A stretch of 62,035 nucleotides of DNA, counting the filler. It is 5 parts of 5 records of this genome, joined end to end, with 100 filler letters (N's around TTAATTAATTAA, not from the genome) between each part and the next. Parts side by side here need not be neighbours in the genome. Positions count along the whole stretch, not along the records: positions 7,510 to 26,631 come from SRR20825019_173; 4 more parts are not named here. One strand, 5' to 3'. Below the pieces are notes generated by a model. The model saw only the letters and a program-made list of their open reading frames with translations, was not told the DNA's origin and did no database searches. Below, one piece after another: positions 12,465-25,779 of this stretch; the first letter of the stretch is position 1; every line of letters begins with the position of its first letter. The translations under genes and the position numbers were made by a program.

Positions 12465-13400
12465 ATCGGCCGGCCCGCCGGCCGGGGTTCGGACCAGCTC
12501 GGCCAGCTCGCAGCCCGTGCGGCCCGGGCCAGGTCACCGTGACGCACGGTGATGCTTCGTCGCCCGCGCGGCGCTTGTACAGAGTGGGCCGGCCGGGCCG
12601 GCCGCCGGCGGCACACGGCGGGGTGGCTCCCTCCTGGCAATCAAGACGGGGCCGGGCAACGTTGCGGCGGGGCGCCTCCCGTCCCCGGCAGTGCCTGAGG
12701 GCATGTGAGTGTGCATTGTTGGTGGCTCTCAAGCCCTGCTGTGGAGAGAGTGCCTGATGATGGCCTGACGATGCTGCACGGATGGCCCGGCTGGCGGCAT
12801 GGATCATGACTGATCACTGTCGGCTCGGCGTCAGCCGGCTCGCACGAGCGTGGGCACGACCATCACAGCCAACAGAACTCCAGTGGCTGTGATGACTGAG
12901 CCTGAGGTCGGCCGCCCCGCCCGCCATGAGATTCATTCCCCAAACGGTGGTGGGCCTCAGCGTCGGGCCAGGGGGGTTTCGGGGCTTGGCTGGCGCAATC
13001 AAGACTGAAATAGTCTTAATGAGGATCTGTACTTTCCGAATCTTTCGATCTTAATTTAACAGTAGATCTACCTATACCAGGAGTAACGGCTCACGTTGTT
13101 GGCTCTTGCACGCCCTAGCTCTCTATAGACTGCTACTGGCGTCTGCCGCCGCTGGCTTCAAGGACATCGCACTGATGGCAGTGCCCCGCCCGGCACTCCG
13201 GCGGTGGTCATGGCAGGCCCGGCCCACCGCCACCCCTCTCTCGCTCGCTGAGAGTGCATTCCGGTTCTTCATGATGCTGCGCTGGGGGCGTGCCGCCCCC
13301 GACGTGGCCCCCCTCCCGGGCATGACCCCCCGCCCACGCCTCCACGGCGTTGCGGTGGGTGACCTGAACGCCACACATCATCGGCCTAGCCTTGCGGAAT
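12465..13400. promoter_or_regulatory. GC-rich island(s) at divergent junction CHFR(-)/13678(+)
   Basis: GC-rich CCGG/GGCC blocks interrupted by an AT-rich patch near 13005-13080. Confidence 0.45.
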
Positions 13401-13677
13401 GGACCAACCACAAGAAGGCTGGGCAGCTGCTGTGCACAACGACTGGGGCCTGAAGAGGGCGCTAGTGACGACAGAGTGAAACTACAATGTTTGACCTGGC
13501 TCCTCCTCTGAGTGGAAGCACGGAAAGGGTGATTGATGAAACGACGAAGGAAGGTGCTTAACTCTTTCTGAACATTTCTTGATATAATGGAAGAGCGTCC
13601 AGGATATGATAAATAGGAACTTAGGGCAGTACTAAAGCTTCCCACCTCACACCTTTGGTCTTGAAGTCAAGGGCAGG

Positions 13678-15447
13678 ATGGAGTTGGAGTCCCTTCCGCA
13701 TGTACCTTTCCCCCAGAGGGAGGAGACGATGTACTTGGACACACTGAAGTCAAACGACCAACACGCACAGCACACCCTGAACGAAACCACTAGACGGGGC
13801 TTTTACAATCCACTGGAAGTGGATGATATCCATGGCACCAAGCCAAAGGCTCTGCACCCTGACAGGCAGAATAAGCCTCATCAGCACTTTGCGTATGATT
13901 TTGAGGAGGGCATGAAGCCATCGGTGCGTATATGCTGTGCAGAATGCATTCTTGTGCTGACGTGGCATCCCACAGCGTCTTCATCCCATGGAGTTCAAAA
14001 AACCTATTGTTAATGGGAAGCCCATGAACCTGACAAATGACGATATTGAGGGATCAAAGCCCAGGCTGAACAACTGGAACTTCCGGAGGTCCACCGATCC
14101 CCTCAACCCGGAATATAACCTACCGACATTCTATCCTCATACAATGCCCGAATCCAAACTAACAAGGGACTCGTTAGAAATCAGAGATATTGAAGGGGCA
14201 AGGCCAAAGCCTCTTCATACGAAATGGGGCATCAGAGATCCCATTAATTACAGTGATGTTCCTGGGTCTACCGTAGGGTGGAAGCCACATCATAAGTAGG
14301 AGGCCACCCGTAAACTGTAAGTGTGGCCGTTTCTGACCATGTTGCAGGAAAATATATAACCAACCGAGGGATAATATTGGCTGCCGTGACATCAACGGGG
14401 ATGGGCTCTTCAAGTCCACGCGTGTGACCAATCCCCTGAGCCCACGGTACAGATTTGATGTGCCTAACGACTGGGAGTCCCGGCCGAGCACGTCGGCCAC
14501 AGAAGGACCCCAGGCAGATCTGCGCCCAAAGACCACACCGGGCCATTTCACTATTGGAGACGTACCGGGGAATCACCCCAAGCCATTGCCACAGGGGAGG
14601 AGCGTGGTATATTCTCTTCAGTGCAGGGTAAATGAAGTTGTTTGTCGGCATCCGGTCTCTTCTCTGACAGGCGTTTTAGGATATCGAGGGGACAATGCCG
14701 GGATGGAAGCCTCAACAGAGCTCCGATGAAGCCAACAGGCGGCATTTCAGAAACACCAATTACAATGGTGATATTGCGGGATCCTACGCCGGTAGTCTAA
14801 AGAGGGCATTCCGCCGAACCCGGCGGGAGTTTGACACCGGACGGGTTGTTGATCCGCTGAACCCAGACTACGACAACGTTCGCCGTACGACGTCGCTTCC
14901 ACCAAGGCAGGATTCGTACAGACCAGGTAGTGAAACGATGAATACTTACGTCTCAAATGGGTCCGCTATGGAACCGAATGAGAATGTAGAGCCCATCATT
15001 CCGGCATCTCCGGCCATTTCATACAGGTATCGACGCGTTGCAGCTTGCACTTTGATTCAATCGGCTGATTCTTCCCGTAGGAGCAGCGGGTCAAGGAGAT
15101 CATCTCGCGGCGGGGCACCTCGGCCTATGACACAGGGGTCCAGGCCACCCACGCAAGGGTCTCGCCCTCCTACTCAGGGTTCTCGCGTGTTTTCGTCTGG
15201 TGCGATGGGCCGGGCGGTCCAGGATATTGCAGAACAGGCAAACCATGGTGCTGATATCCTAAAAATTACGCATTCGCCGCCGGGAACGCCCATGGGAAGT
15301 GGGCGGATGCCATCTCATCGATCTTTCATTTCGGGTGGGTCCCAGCGGAGCCAGCGCTTGATGACTCCGTCGGAGAGCAAGATGCGAGCAGCACGAGAGA
15401 TGGAGGAGCGGGCAAGCGACATTGCGTCTGTGCGCTCCTTGCAATAG
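13678..15447 (+). CDS. Uncharacterised DIxG..P / (N/D)PLxPxY repeat protein, multi-exon
   Basis: Repeats DDIHGTKP, DDIEGSKP, RDIEGARP, DVPGNHP, DIEGTMP, DIAGSY and DPLNPEY, NPLSPRY, DPLNPDY across consecutive ORFs joined by short GT-AG introns. Confidence 0.7.
15121..15186 (+). repeat. 21-nt coding tandem repeat (RPxTQGS x3)
   Basis: Protein reads RPMTQGSRPPTQGSRPPTQGSR. Confidence 0.7.
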
Positions 15448-15570
15448 AACAATCGATATGGTACCTTACCTACCTGTATGGTCATCGAACTAAACGGTAC
15501 ACAATACCAAAAGTTCATTTTGCTTTTTATTCTATTTTATTTTTTTGGGGGGGGGGGATGTCATCATTTA

Positions 15571-18500
15571 CTACTGAATGGCGTAGAGCCTCTGTGCCAA
15601 CTTGGATTTGGAAATCGAGGATGTCGATGATAGCAGCGAATTCGCTCCAGGCGACCGACCTTGATGGATGGGAGTGTAAAGAGCATGGGCTGATCTCTTC
15701 ATAGTAGACGAGGGGGTCGCCAGCGGAGACGACCCCAAGGCGCGGCTGGGGGTAGACGCCACGGACCGTGGCGTGGATTTCTCCCTTGAAATCTTCTCAC
15801 CAGTGTGTTCCTCTACTGTCCTCTCCATCTCTTTAAGGATCGCCTCGTTGTGCACCTTCACAGCCTTCAGGCTGCGCAGAAGCTTCCTGACGGTTGTCCC
15901 TCTCCAGCGAACCAATGCCCAATGCAAGCTAGAGCGCCTTGCGAGCGCCCTGTCAGCAGCGTGCTTCGTGCGCCGGACCAAAGCCAGCTGGCTCGTGATG
16001 GTGTTGGCCTTCCACGTTTGCATCCCAAGAGCGGTTTTCTGGTGAGTTAAGCCACGGCTGCTCTCTAGCGTAGTTTTGCTGCCCTTTCTGTGCACAGACC
16101 ACCAAGTGATCTTGCCCCATTTGAAGAATGCACTGCGCAAGAGGTTAGACCGCATCGCTGTCCAGGCAAGAAATCAACCCACCTCCACATCAGGTGCTCG
16201 CGCTCCTTACGACATTCCCTCTTGATTTCATTGCAGTGCCTGCGCTGAAGAGTCCTCTGCAGAGATTCATTCCTTGCAGCCAGCTTGCGACACACCTCCA
16301 CAAGAGACCGCGTCTCCTTCTTCCATTGGTTGGCCTTTTCCTCCCAAGTCTCTCCATGCTGAAGATCCTGCGACGAGACCTCCAGCGGCCGAGCATTGCG
16401 TCGCCATTGTGCCACAGACCGACGCAGGGCGAAGTAGCGGCACTTGCTCAAAGTCCGCCGGAGCATCTTCGTCCGGGAATCCCGCGAAAGGGCGAACTCC
16501 TTCAGCGTGTTGAATCCACGCAGCAGGTTCGCCTTCCTCAACTTCTTCACCAATCTGCAATGTTGACACCAGTCAATAACCTTGCGAGATAACTAACCCT
16601 AACCTAACCCAGGCAACGCACCTGTTCATTGCACTCATGCGCCTCAAGGTCTCCTCCTTAACTTTGCTTGACAGGTCATGAGCCTGCTTGGTCACCATCT
16701 TCCACGTGTTGAACGCCAATGGAACAGTGCGCGACTGAGATATCACCCTCAAGCTCTTCAGGGCAGTCACAGTCCTACCCTTCTGCGCAATTTTCCACTG
16801 TTCCTTCATGCGACCCGCGAGGGTTTGGAACTTCCATTGGTTAAGCGCGGCAGTTTCCCGTCGGAAAATAAAGCGCTGGGCCAAGCTGCGCACTAACTGT
16901 ATGCGCTTGATAGCTTCGACCTTCTTGGAGTCCCTGGCCCTCTTTTCCTCTGTCACTCTAGAGCACCAAGTATAGTATGCCTTGTACACAGTACGTTGGT
17001 GGATGCGTCGTGTGAATCTGACCGTCTCGTTAGACACTGATCACAGGACGACGTACACAAACGCATTACCTCGTGCTAACATGAATAAGGCGCATGGTCT
17101 CCTTAGTTGCGGAGCGGCGCCTTTGATAGCACGACCTCCACTGCTCCACGGAATCCCGAAGCATGCGACGGTACATTCTCAAAACAAGGTTGCGTCCGGC
17201 AGTACGCAGCGTTCGTTGGGAACCGGCCCCTAGAAACTGGGTTAGAACAAGTCTGCATCAACTAAACCGCGGTATCTTACTACGCAGATGCCTTGTCCAC
17301 ACATGGAATGCCCAGAGAAGCGACTTTCCTTGTGACTTTTCAACTATATTGAGCACGAAGGCGTGCTTAGTTTCCTCCTGTGCCTTAACCACTGTGCGAG
17401 TACGGCGAACCGCCCTCCACTTTGTAAATGCTCCGATCATCTTGTTGAACCGAATTCGAGAGCACGCCTTGTTCAACAGTAGAGATAGCCTCCTTGTTTC
17501 AGCAACCCTGTGGCACCAAGTGCCCATGGCGGCGTTGACCTTGGAGTGGATGACACGTGTACACACCCGTCGAATAATCACAGCGATTCTCCTGGACTCA
17601 CGGACACGCTCCGTCCACAAGTTGTAAGCGGCGGCAGCCTTTCGGTAATGAATGCGATTACAGGCACGGTGTAGCACGTTCATGTTGTATCGACCTGTGC
17701 TGCGGTGACCTCTCCAGGTGGCAATCGCCTTGGACACCTTCAGGTTCTGCAGCTTGAAGATCGTGCGCTCGATTGTGTAGCGACCGTGGCGCAAGGCCCG
17801 AGCACAATCTAGCCACGTGTGGAAGGCCTTGAATACTCCTCTGTTCGACAAGCTCGCCACAACTTTGGTGGTCCTAGCAAACACCCTAAAACAAGAGTCA
17901 GTCTAGTGACTCGATACGAAGACACAGTTTCAGACCTGGTGGCCTGGATCGAGCGAAGCCACGTCCGAACTCCACGCAGACGAGCATTCCTGACACTCAG
18001 GTGAAGGGCACGACGAGCTTGGAGCCGCCGGAGGTTGGAGCGGTGCATGTGATCCTGCCACCACTCGATTCCTTGGCGGGCGTAGCGAAGGGTGTGCCGA
18101 TGAAGCCACGAGTTGAGCGTTATACGAGCCTTGCGGCGGATGCCGATCAGATTCTTCCACCATTCGAAACCTATCGAATTTCATTAGAATCTCCATGTGA
18201 AACACCGTCAGTCAGGCAGTTACCTTGGCGAATGTATGCAGTCTTCTGGGCATTCAGCCAATTGTTTAGAATCCGCCTTCCCGTTTGACTCTGGACTCGC
18301 GACAGGTTCCATTTAGCGAATGCTGCAGCAACCTGCTTTTGCAAGAAGAGAACGAGACACTTCCGAAGCCTCGCAGCTTCTCTCGTCTTAAACCGACGAA
18401 GCTACAGGGTAAGAGATTGTTAGTGGTATTACCAAGAGATCAAAGCGTGTGGTACCTTCGCGTGGAAACGGCCAATGGTGGTGACGGCGTGCCATGAATG

Positions 18501-20800
18501 GAACGCCATGGATACCTTCCTTCGCCCAATGCGCTGCTTTGCAACGGCGGCGACGCTCATTCCATGGCGATTGATCGCGACATAGTTTCTCCACTGACGG
18601 AGCGCACGCGAGCCCTTCTTACTCAAAAGAGTTTCCCACAGTGCTAGAGCGCGATTTGCCTTGTTCCCCTGGTCTTGTCTCGCCAAAGCGGAAGTTTTCA
18701 CAACTGACCGCCACATAGCAAACGTTGAGGTAACGCGACCAGAAAGCATGCGACGGATGACTTGGCGCATCCTATTATCAGCCTGGCGGCGTTCGCTAAC
18801 CGCGTCCTTCCACATCTTAAAGCCCTGCAAGGGAGTCAGAAATCCAATAATTCCCGAACCAAAAAGAAAATGCCACTACGTACGCTTGCTGACTTCTTGT
18901 TAAGCAAATAATGGGCGATTCTCAAGAGAACAGAATCCTGACGATGGCGCCTCATCCTCCGAGCCCGCAGAGCCACGGCTGATGCCCCCCATGTCCTAAT
19001 AGCACACCTGCACGAATATCAGAGGGCACAAATTTCCGAAGCAGATACTGGCGACAATACCTTAACTGGCTGTTGCGATGCTCCATGTTGCGGAGCGAGT
19101 TCTGCAACAGCATGGTGGCACGTGCGCGGTCCTTGTTGGCCACGAGTCTATTGAATGAGCGCTCGAGACGACGCTTTGCCAGCATACGAGCAGCGTGGCC
19201 AAAGCGCTGGCGAAGGAGAAGCTTTGTTCCGCGATCCCCAATGGTTGAGCGCAAACGCTGAGAAAGTGTGAGCGACTGGCTCTCCTCCACGGCGTCTACA
19301 AATGTCTGCCAGGCAGCGACCTTGTACTGCCGTTCGCGGCGGTGGGTGAGGCGTGCGGCCGAACGCTCCATGCTGCGTTGCCACTGAACGACAGACTTCC
19401 ACCACCTAAAAACACGATTGGCGGAATTCCTGGAAGAAATCTTAGTCATCTTGGACGCAATCCTAAACTGCGACAGGTGCATCCTCCACATGCGGACTGC
19501 AGAGCGCTTGCGCGCCTTGTCAGCGGTCATACGAGCGCGCTTAAGGGATCGCAGGCCACTGGCCTTCGTCATGCGTTTCGACCGAACAGAAGAGACCAAC
19601 TTGCGGAATGCCCACTGAAGAGAATTGATACCGGTCCACCGTGCTATCTTCCTCTTGTGCCGCCGGCACTGCGTGGCGGTCTTCCAGGTGTTCATGGCTC
19701 TACAGGATGATTTCTGCCTCCAGCGGAGCACGCATGACACGCGCAGCCTTTCACGGGCCACCCGCGCCATTTTCAGTCGAAGCCGCCATGCAGCGAAGGC
19801 GCGAATGACGCCGGTTTTCCTTTGAGTGGATGCAAATCGCCTCTCAAGGAACGCAGACACCATGGCAGATTTCTCCAGCGCGCTCTGCACATTCTCAAGT
19901 TTTCCCGCTTGCTTCTTCAACGACTTCACGGAGCTCTCGGCATCTCGTAGTTGCATGTCCCTGCTCTGGATGGCAATCTCCATCTCCATCATTTTGTCCT
20001 TCATCATCGCACGTTCCTGAGAAAAAGCAAGATACGGTGAGGCCGGTCCGGACGCCACCATTTCATCAGACGCACCTTCTCAAGCTCGTCAACTCGCTCG
20101 CGGAGGATCTTCGCCTCTTCCACTGTCTTCCCCTCGTCTATTGCGACGGCCTTGACGCCATCCACAATGTCCTGGAGTTGACAGTTCCTCTGCTGAAGGG
20201 AGGCATGCTCCTCGAGCAGTTTGATGTTCTCGGCACTGACCTCCCTGAGTGCCCGGCTAAGAGACCCAATGCAATCTTTCGTGCCCGCCGAAGATGGCGC
20301 CGATATCGTGGACAGATTCTTGGCTTTTTTGACAGCCACCGTTCGGTGCCAAATGCATATAGCCTGCGCCTTGAGCATAACCTCGTAGCTCTGGCTTTGT
20401 CTGGATGACTCGAGAACGCGGTGGGAGAGGTCCTTCGCCACCGTCAGTCCACAACGCCTCGACGATTAACACTATCTGTCTTACCCAGTTCACCTGAGTC
20501 AGCCTCTGCACTTCTTTGTGGAGAGAGTCGACACTGGAGGTCGAGTCCATCAGGCTGCTTTCCAGAGCCTCGTTGTTCCCCGCAAGCTCCTCAATATTGT
20601 CCTTCAAGGTTTCGAACCCCTCCACCGTCGCCTAAGGAGTCTTAATGTGGGAATGACATGGTACCTTCAGCAACACTCACCTCCAGTTTGGCCACTTGGG
20701 CGGACAATCGTTTGCGGTCATGACGGAGAAAGTCGACCTCCTTTCTGCTGACCATAATCATCTCCTCTGAACCTTGCTCACCAGATACACCTTCTCCCAT
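15571..20800 (-). CDS. Large coiled-coil plus Sfi1-like Trp-repeat (candidate centrin-binding) protein, multi-exon; 5' end uncertain
   Basis: Many basic helical repeats ending (A/F)xxW (RAFAAWR, RAMNTWK, KAFHTWL, AFTKWR, AFNTWK, AFFKWG) over about ten ORFs; N-terminal coiled-coil exons. Further upstream exons to about 21500 are possible. Confidence 0.65.
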
Positions 20801-21299
20801 GTACTCTTCAAACGCTTCGATAGTGGGGAAGGCGGAAGTGCGAGTTCGTGTAAGTACAACATGGTCGGGGTGGCCAGCCCACATGGGCTTGGCCATCCTG
20901 GGTCGCATGCCCGCCATACTTCCGTGATTGTATGGACGTGTCAGTCGCTCACATAAATGAGTGGCGGGGATCTCCACTCGAGAGACTCGAGACTTTCGAC
21001 TGCCACCCAAGTCGTTTTAGTAAAGCTCCCAGCTAGAGAACCGAAGGCTGGTCTCAGGTCCCGCATAGCCTGGCCAACGACTAGCAGAGGTTTTGATGAG
21101 TGTGGGTCCGACTGAGGGGTTTAAGCCAGTCACCTGCTACCGTACTGACCGGTCTGTCGGAGGTCGAGCTGCCGTACCTTGTGTGTGACGGAGACGTACG
21201 AGGACTGCGGGAGAGGCTGGTGGTCACTTGGATGAGTGACGGCCCCGTGCCCGGAAGACTCGGCGCCGTCCGGTCGGCTCACCTTCCTCCGGCTTCGCT

Positions 21300-22450
21300 T
21301 GAGGCTGCCTGCGAGCGTGCCGCCGCCGGCGTACGATGACTAAAAGTGAGAACGGGCGGTGGACACCACTGCCGTGCTGCAGGTCCGCCCAGGCCGGCCA
21401 GCTTCGCAGTTCAGTCCTCGTCACGTCACCATAGGCCCCTTCTGATGACTGACCGTGAGCCAACCGTGGATCGGCGAGCCGAGGGCGGGGCCCAGCATGA
21501 CCATGACTGCCAGTGCCCCAGTGAGGCAGTGTGGCACAGCCGCGACCCACCGGCCGACTCGGCGCGTGACGGGAGTCGCCGGCGGCGGGCGAGCGCAGGG
21601 CCCCCGGCGGCGTGGCCCGCCTGCCCCCGGGCCCCGGCGCCGGGCGCCGCTCAAGCGCCGCGCCGAGAGGGCGGTGGCTTGAGAACTTGAATTTTCGCGG
21701 GAGAGATCGTCCTCGAAATGGAATCAAACCGGCTCCTTGGGCATACCGAAGCAACGCTGGAAAAACCGGACACGCCCGGCGACCCCCGGACCGGCCGATT
21801 CGCGTGATCTCGCTGCGCCTCGGCGGCCCGACCCAACGGGAACGGCCGGACAGTCCCCAACCGCTCCGCCCGACGTGGTCCGACACGGATGGTCACGGGG
21901 GTCCGGTCCGGCAGGCCGGACGCGCCAGCCCCGGGCGCGCTCGCGCCGGGCCCGGGCCGCCGCGGGCCCGCCACGCCGAATACCCTGGACCCCAACCGCC
22001 CCGCCATCGCTGGCGGCCCGCCCGGCCGCCCGCCGTCCGCGGCCCCCCGGTCTGTCGGCCGAGTGCGGCGCGGTGGCTCGGAACCCGCAAGCGGCCGGGG
22101 CCCCCGCCCCGGCCTGCGGTCCCGCCCGGCCCGGGCCTCCCTGAGTCCGCCGCCGCCGGCGGTGCCCTGGACGCCGACAGGCCCCCCGGGCGGTACCGCC
22201 GCACTGACGACCCAGCGGGGGCGACGATGAGCCCACGGTGGCGGCCCGCGCGTCACGGTCACACCGCTGGGCGGGCCACAGGTCTGGCAGCTGCCGCGCC
22301 GGCCGGCCCGGCCCGGCTGGCACCGCAGGCCAGCCACTACCCGAAGCCAGCGCCCTGCTCCGAGGCACCCGGCAACAGGGCCGTCCGGCCGGGCGCCGGG
22401 CCGTCCGGCGGGCTGTCTCCTAACGACTCTGCCGGTGGTCCAGTCGCCCT
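21300..22450. promoter_or_regulatory. Large GC-rich island at divergent junction Sfi1-like(-)/FHA(+)
   Basis: Extremely GC-rich by eye; only spurious Arg/Pro/Gly/Ala-rich ORFs in all frames. Confidence 0.5.
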
Positions 22451-22650
22451 TACGAGGCGCGGACGTAATGGCAAACCATGTGGTGACAACGGCCACAGCT
22501 ACGTGGGGGCGGATAAGGTGGCAGCTGGTGAGTGACATCGACGCCGCAACTGGCCCAAGGTTAGACTATGGCCGTAACAATTTATATATGCCCGGGCCAG
22601 CCTCGTTCCAAGAATGCGGTTGTCCCGGACTACAGAAACGAACTTCGGCC

Positions 22651-23970
22651 ATGGACCCAGGAAAGCGAAAAGGTTACGCCAAACTGCGCGGCGTTGTAGG
22701 CCTGGACGGGCCCGACATGACTTGGATCGAGTTTCACTGTGAGTTGGTCGCTTGTCGCGGAGTGATTTGAACTCACCTGCTCGCCTGTACAGTAAAGAAC
22801 TTGAAGTGTGTTTTGGGACGGAAGAGCAAGAACAATAATGATATTGACGTTTGTCTTGGGGACGACAAGTCAATTTCCCGGGAGCACTTGAAGATTCAGT
22901 GGAATACGAGCAAGCGGGTGTTCGAGCTATTTGTGATAGGGAAGAATGGGGTTCGTGTGGACGGTAACTCCTTACGCCCAGAGAAGAACGGGATTCCGCT
23001 GCAGCATCAAACAAGGTTGCAGCTAGGTGACAGTATATTGTATTTCCTTTTGCCTCAGGGTGCCGAATGTATGACTCTGTTGCTTCACTCTGCTCTCGCA
23101 TGACTAAAGTCTTTATGTTTCAGCAAAAGCAAAGCTGATAGGGAGCGAGAAAGAGAAGAATGTCAAGGAGGGCAAGCGGCCTGCTCAGGCAGTGACTGGA
23201 GGGCAGAACCAGGGTGGTGCTGACGGCCCGCCTAAGAAGAAGAAAAAGAAGTCGCTTGCGGCCATTGCGCAGGATGCCGCGGCAGAGAGTATGTGTAGCT
23301 ATCTATTGGTGTCACGGCTTGTGTGAACTAACTGAGTTGTCATAGAGCATCGTCGCGAATATGATCACGTATTGTTCAAGATTTTGAAGGAGAAGGAAAT
23401 GATGCGGTTCAGTGACCTGTGCGATTACCTTAAGGATAACGCCCCTCACCTGGTTGGGGAGCTTGACACAACCACGTGGAGGGGAAGACTAAGCCAGCGG
23501 CTGTCAACATCAGACAAATATGTCAAGGTAGGCAGCGCTACGTCGATACTGGCGGCGGTGCTTGCTGACATGTTGCTTGAGGTTCCTGATGAGAACAGGT
23601 CGAAACTGAACTATTGGCGTATCGCGGAGGGCGCCGTGCTCGAACGTATTGATGATCCTGGTAAGGCTATAGTAGCGGGAGAATACATATTTGGGGGGTT
23701 GACCTCGATTTGTGTGGCTCAGAACTGGAGTCTAAGATCGCAAGTGCCCCCACGGTCATTATTTCTCCGATTAAGAAGGAGAGCGAAGATTTCAAGGCGT
23801 CTGATGGGATGGTTGTGGACGATGATAGTGATGACGATGACGACGACGACGGGGCGCAGGATGGTGCAGGGATAGAAAATGGAGAGAACGGAGAGAACGG
23901 AGAGGCCAAGTCCCCGGATAGTCCCGCAAATCAGGAACAAACCTTTGATGAAGACAGCAGTGATGATTAA
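22651..23970 (+). CDS. FHA-domain protein with divergent forkhead-like winged helix and acidic tail, multi-exon
   Basis: GYAKLRG..VLGRKS..DVCLG..SISREH..WN..GKNGVRVDG..LQLGD..YFLLP is an Fkh/FOXK/FHA2-type FHA; later WRGRLSQRLS..YVK|VPDENRSKLNYWRI. Confidence 0.75.
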
Positions 23971-24001
23971 AGGTATCCATGAGATCGTGACATATTTGCC
24001 T

Positions 24002-25547
24002 TTATGCAAATGGTGAGAAATTTCCGCCTTTTCGCTCCATCTCCATGACCTGCCAACCCATTAGTACAGGATCGGATTCCTGCAACCTCTGTACGCACCT
24101 GATCGCGCAGCTTCTTTGTGAGTTGCACTGTTTCCAACAAGACGATGCGGATGTCATCGTGGGTTTCCTTCTTGCGGTCGCTGGGGCGCCGACGTGGCGA
24201 CATCACCTTGCTCTTGCTCTCTTCCATCCGCTCCCACTCCTTGAATATTTCCCGCACCTTTCTGTATTCCTTGATAAATAGCTCTACGGACATATCTCGG
24301 ACCACCACCTCCGTCTGGTTCCAGTCCCGGTTAGACACATAGCAGGCAAGCGGTGGCCACAATCACGAACCTTCGTGTCCACGCACCCAACCCTGAATAT
24401 CTCTCGCGAAGAGCCCTCCAGCTTACTCTTGTATTGAGGCTGATACTTTCTGTCCCATTTCATCTTTTCACAGTATTCTGCCCACCAACATCAGCACATG
24501 CGACATGACGACGCCCGGAAATTCATACCGTTGAGGTCCTTGATCTTATCTACAACATCTTTCTCTAGGGAATTGACCTCATTGAGCACTGTTCGCACCA
24601 GGTGCGACACATTCTTCTGAAAGTCACGCCTGTAGAAGGGAGTGAGAATGGGATACAACCAGGTAATGTACACGAACTCAGTACCCTATTTTCCCGCTGT
24701 AAATCAGCCCTACACCGCCCTTCTTCTGAGCAGATGGTGGTCTCTTGGCAGGGACCGGCTTTGCTGGGGGTTCGGGCTGCGCGTTCTCTGCTGTCCGTCT
24801 AGCCGAAGCGGACCGCACCTTTTTCTTTAGGTTCTTCTTATATGCGCCCTCAGTCTGGTCACCAAACACTTCACGAGAAACCTGGTGTTCCAGTGTCCCC
24901 ACAGTCGTTTTCTCTGAGCGAAGTATGTCATCACCCCTCCCATCCCCTTCATTCTCTAGTTCACTCGTCCGCAACTTAGGGACCTGCAACTCAGTCGGAT
25001 GACTTCCGTCGGCATAGTTATCTCTTGCTGTTTTCGCTACTCCTTCTACTGGTCTACAAGGAAGGAAGCGCAATCAGTCACAAAAGCCCACACCAAGCGC
25101 GCAGGCTCACTTCTTTTTCTTTGGCCGGGCGTGTGCAGACCTGGGACGCACAAGTTGAACTTGCCGGTGTGAATGGGGATCGTGAGTTTCCTGGGCAGGC
25201 CGCCTCCGTCTGTTCATTTAAGTGAGACACCGCCATTCCACTCGGATGTATACTTACGATGCCGACTTGCTCCTGGAGGCTGATCCGGGTCGCCTTGAAT
25301 CTCCCCGACGGTGCTGAGCGTACAAGCGCTCAATCTCAGCCTCAAGGGCGTCGTCTTCCTCGTCGTCATCAACGATGAGGTTTTCGAGTCCCCCCCTCCC
25401 AGATGCCCCCCCATATTGATATCCTTGCCTTGGCGGTGACCGACTGCTGACTTCGTCTATCTGTTTCTCTACCTTGTCACGCAGGCTGTCCAGATACAAC
25501 TGGAACGCCGCTCGATTGAGTGACCGGCCCTGAAATGTCGTACTCAT
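24002..25547 (-). CDS. Hypothetical eukaryotic protein, multi-exon
   Basis: Start MSTTFQGRSL; consecutive coding-like exons with GT-AG borders; helical C-terminus ending ..GNFSPFA*. Confidence 0.55.
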
Positions 25548-25779
25548 TCGGCCGGCCTCTCTTCTATGCAGCCACGTTCCTGTACGATGGTGTAATATTA
25601 GTATGTGGTGCGGACTTTAGTGGGTTATCACAAAGATTGACCAAGTGAGGTCCGCATCCAGCCAGTACACAATCCCTGGCCGTGCCAGCAGTAGATCCGT
25701 CCCACACCTTAGCGCGCTCGGCACGACCGTTCGACATGGCGACAGAAGATGGTCGGTGTGCCCTGCGTTGGTCTGCCAC

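Noticed and set aside
15571..20800. Fragmented ORFs read as pseudogenes or an alternative genetic code
   Set aside because: Where I checked, breaks in this contig coincide with short GT-AG introns carrying CTRAY branch sites.
21224..22538. 200-300 aa Arg/Pro/Gly/Ala-rich ORFs on both strands in the GC island (also 8464-8848, 12418-12807, 25564-26687)
   Set aside because: Stop codons are rare at this GC content; overlapping ORFs in all frames with no domain signal.
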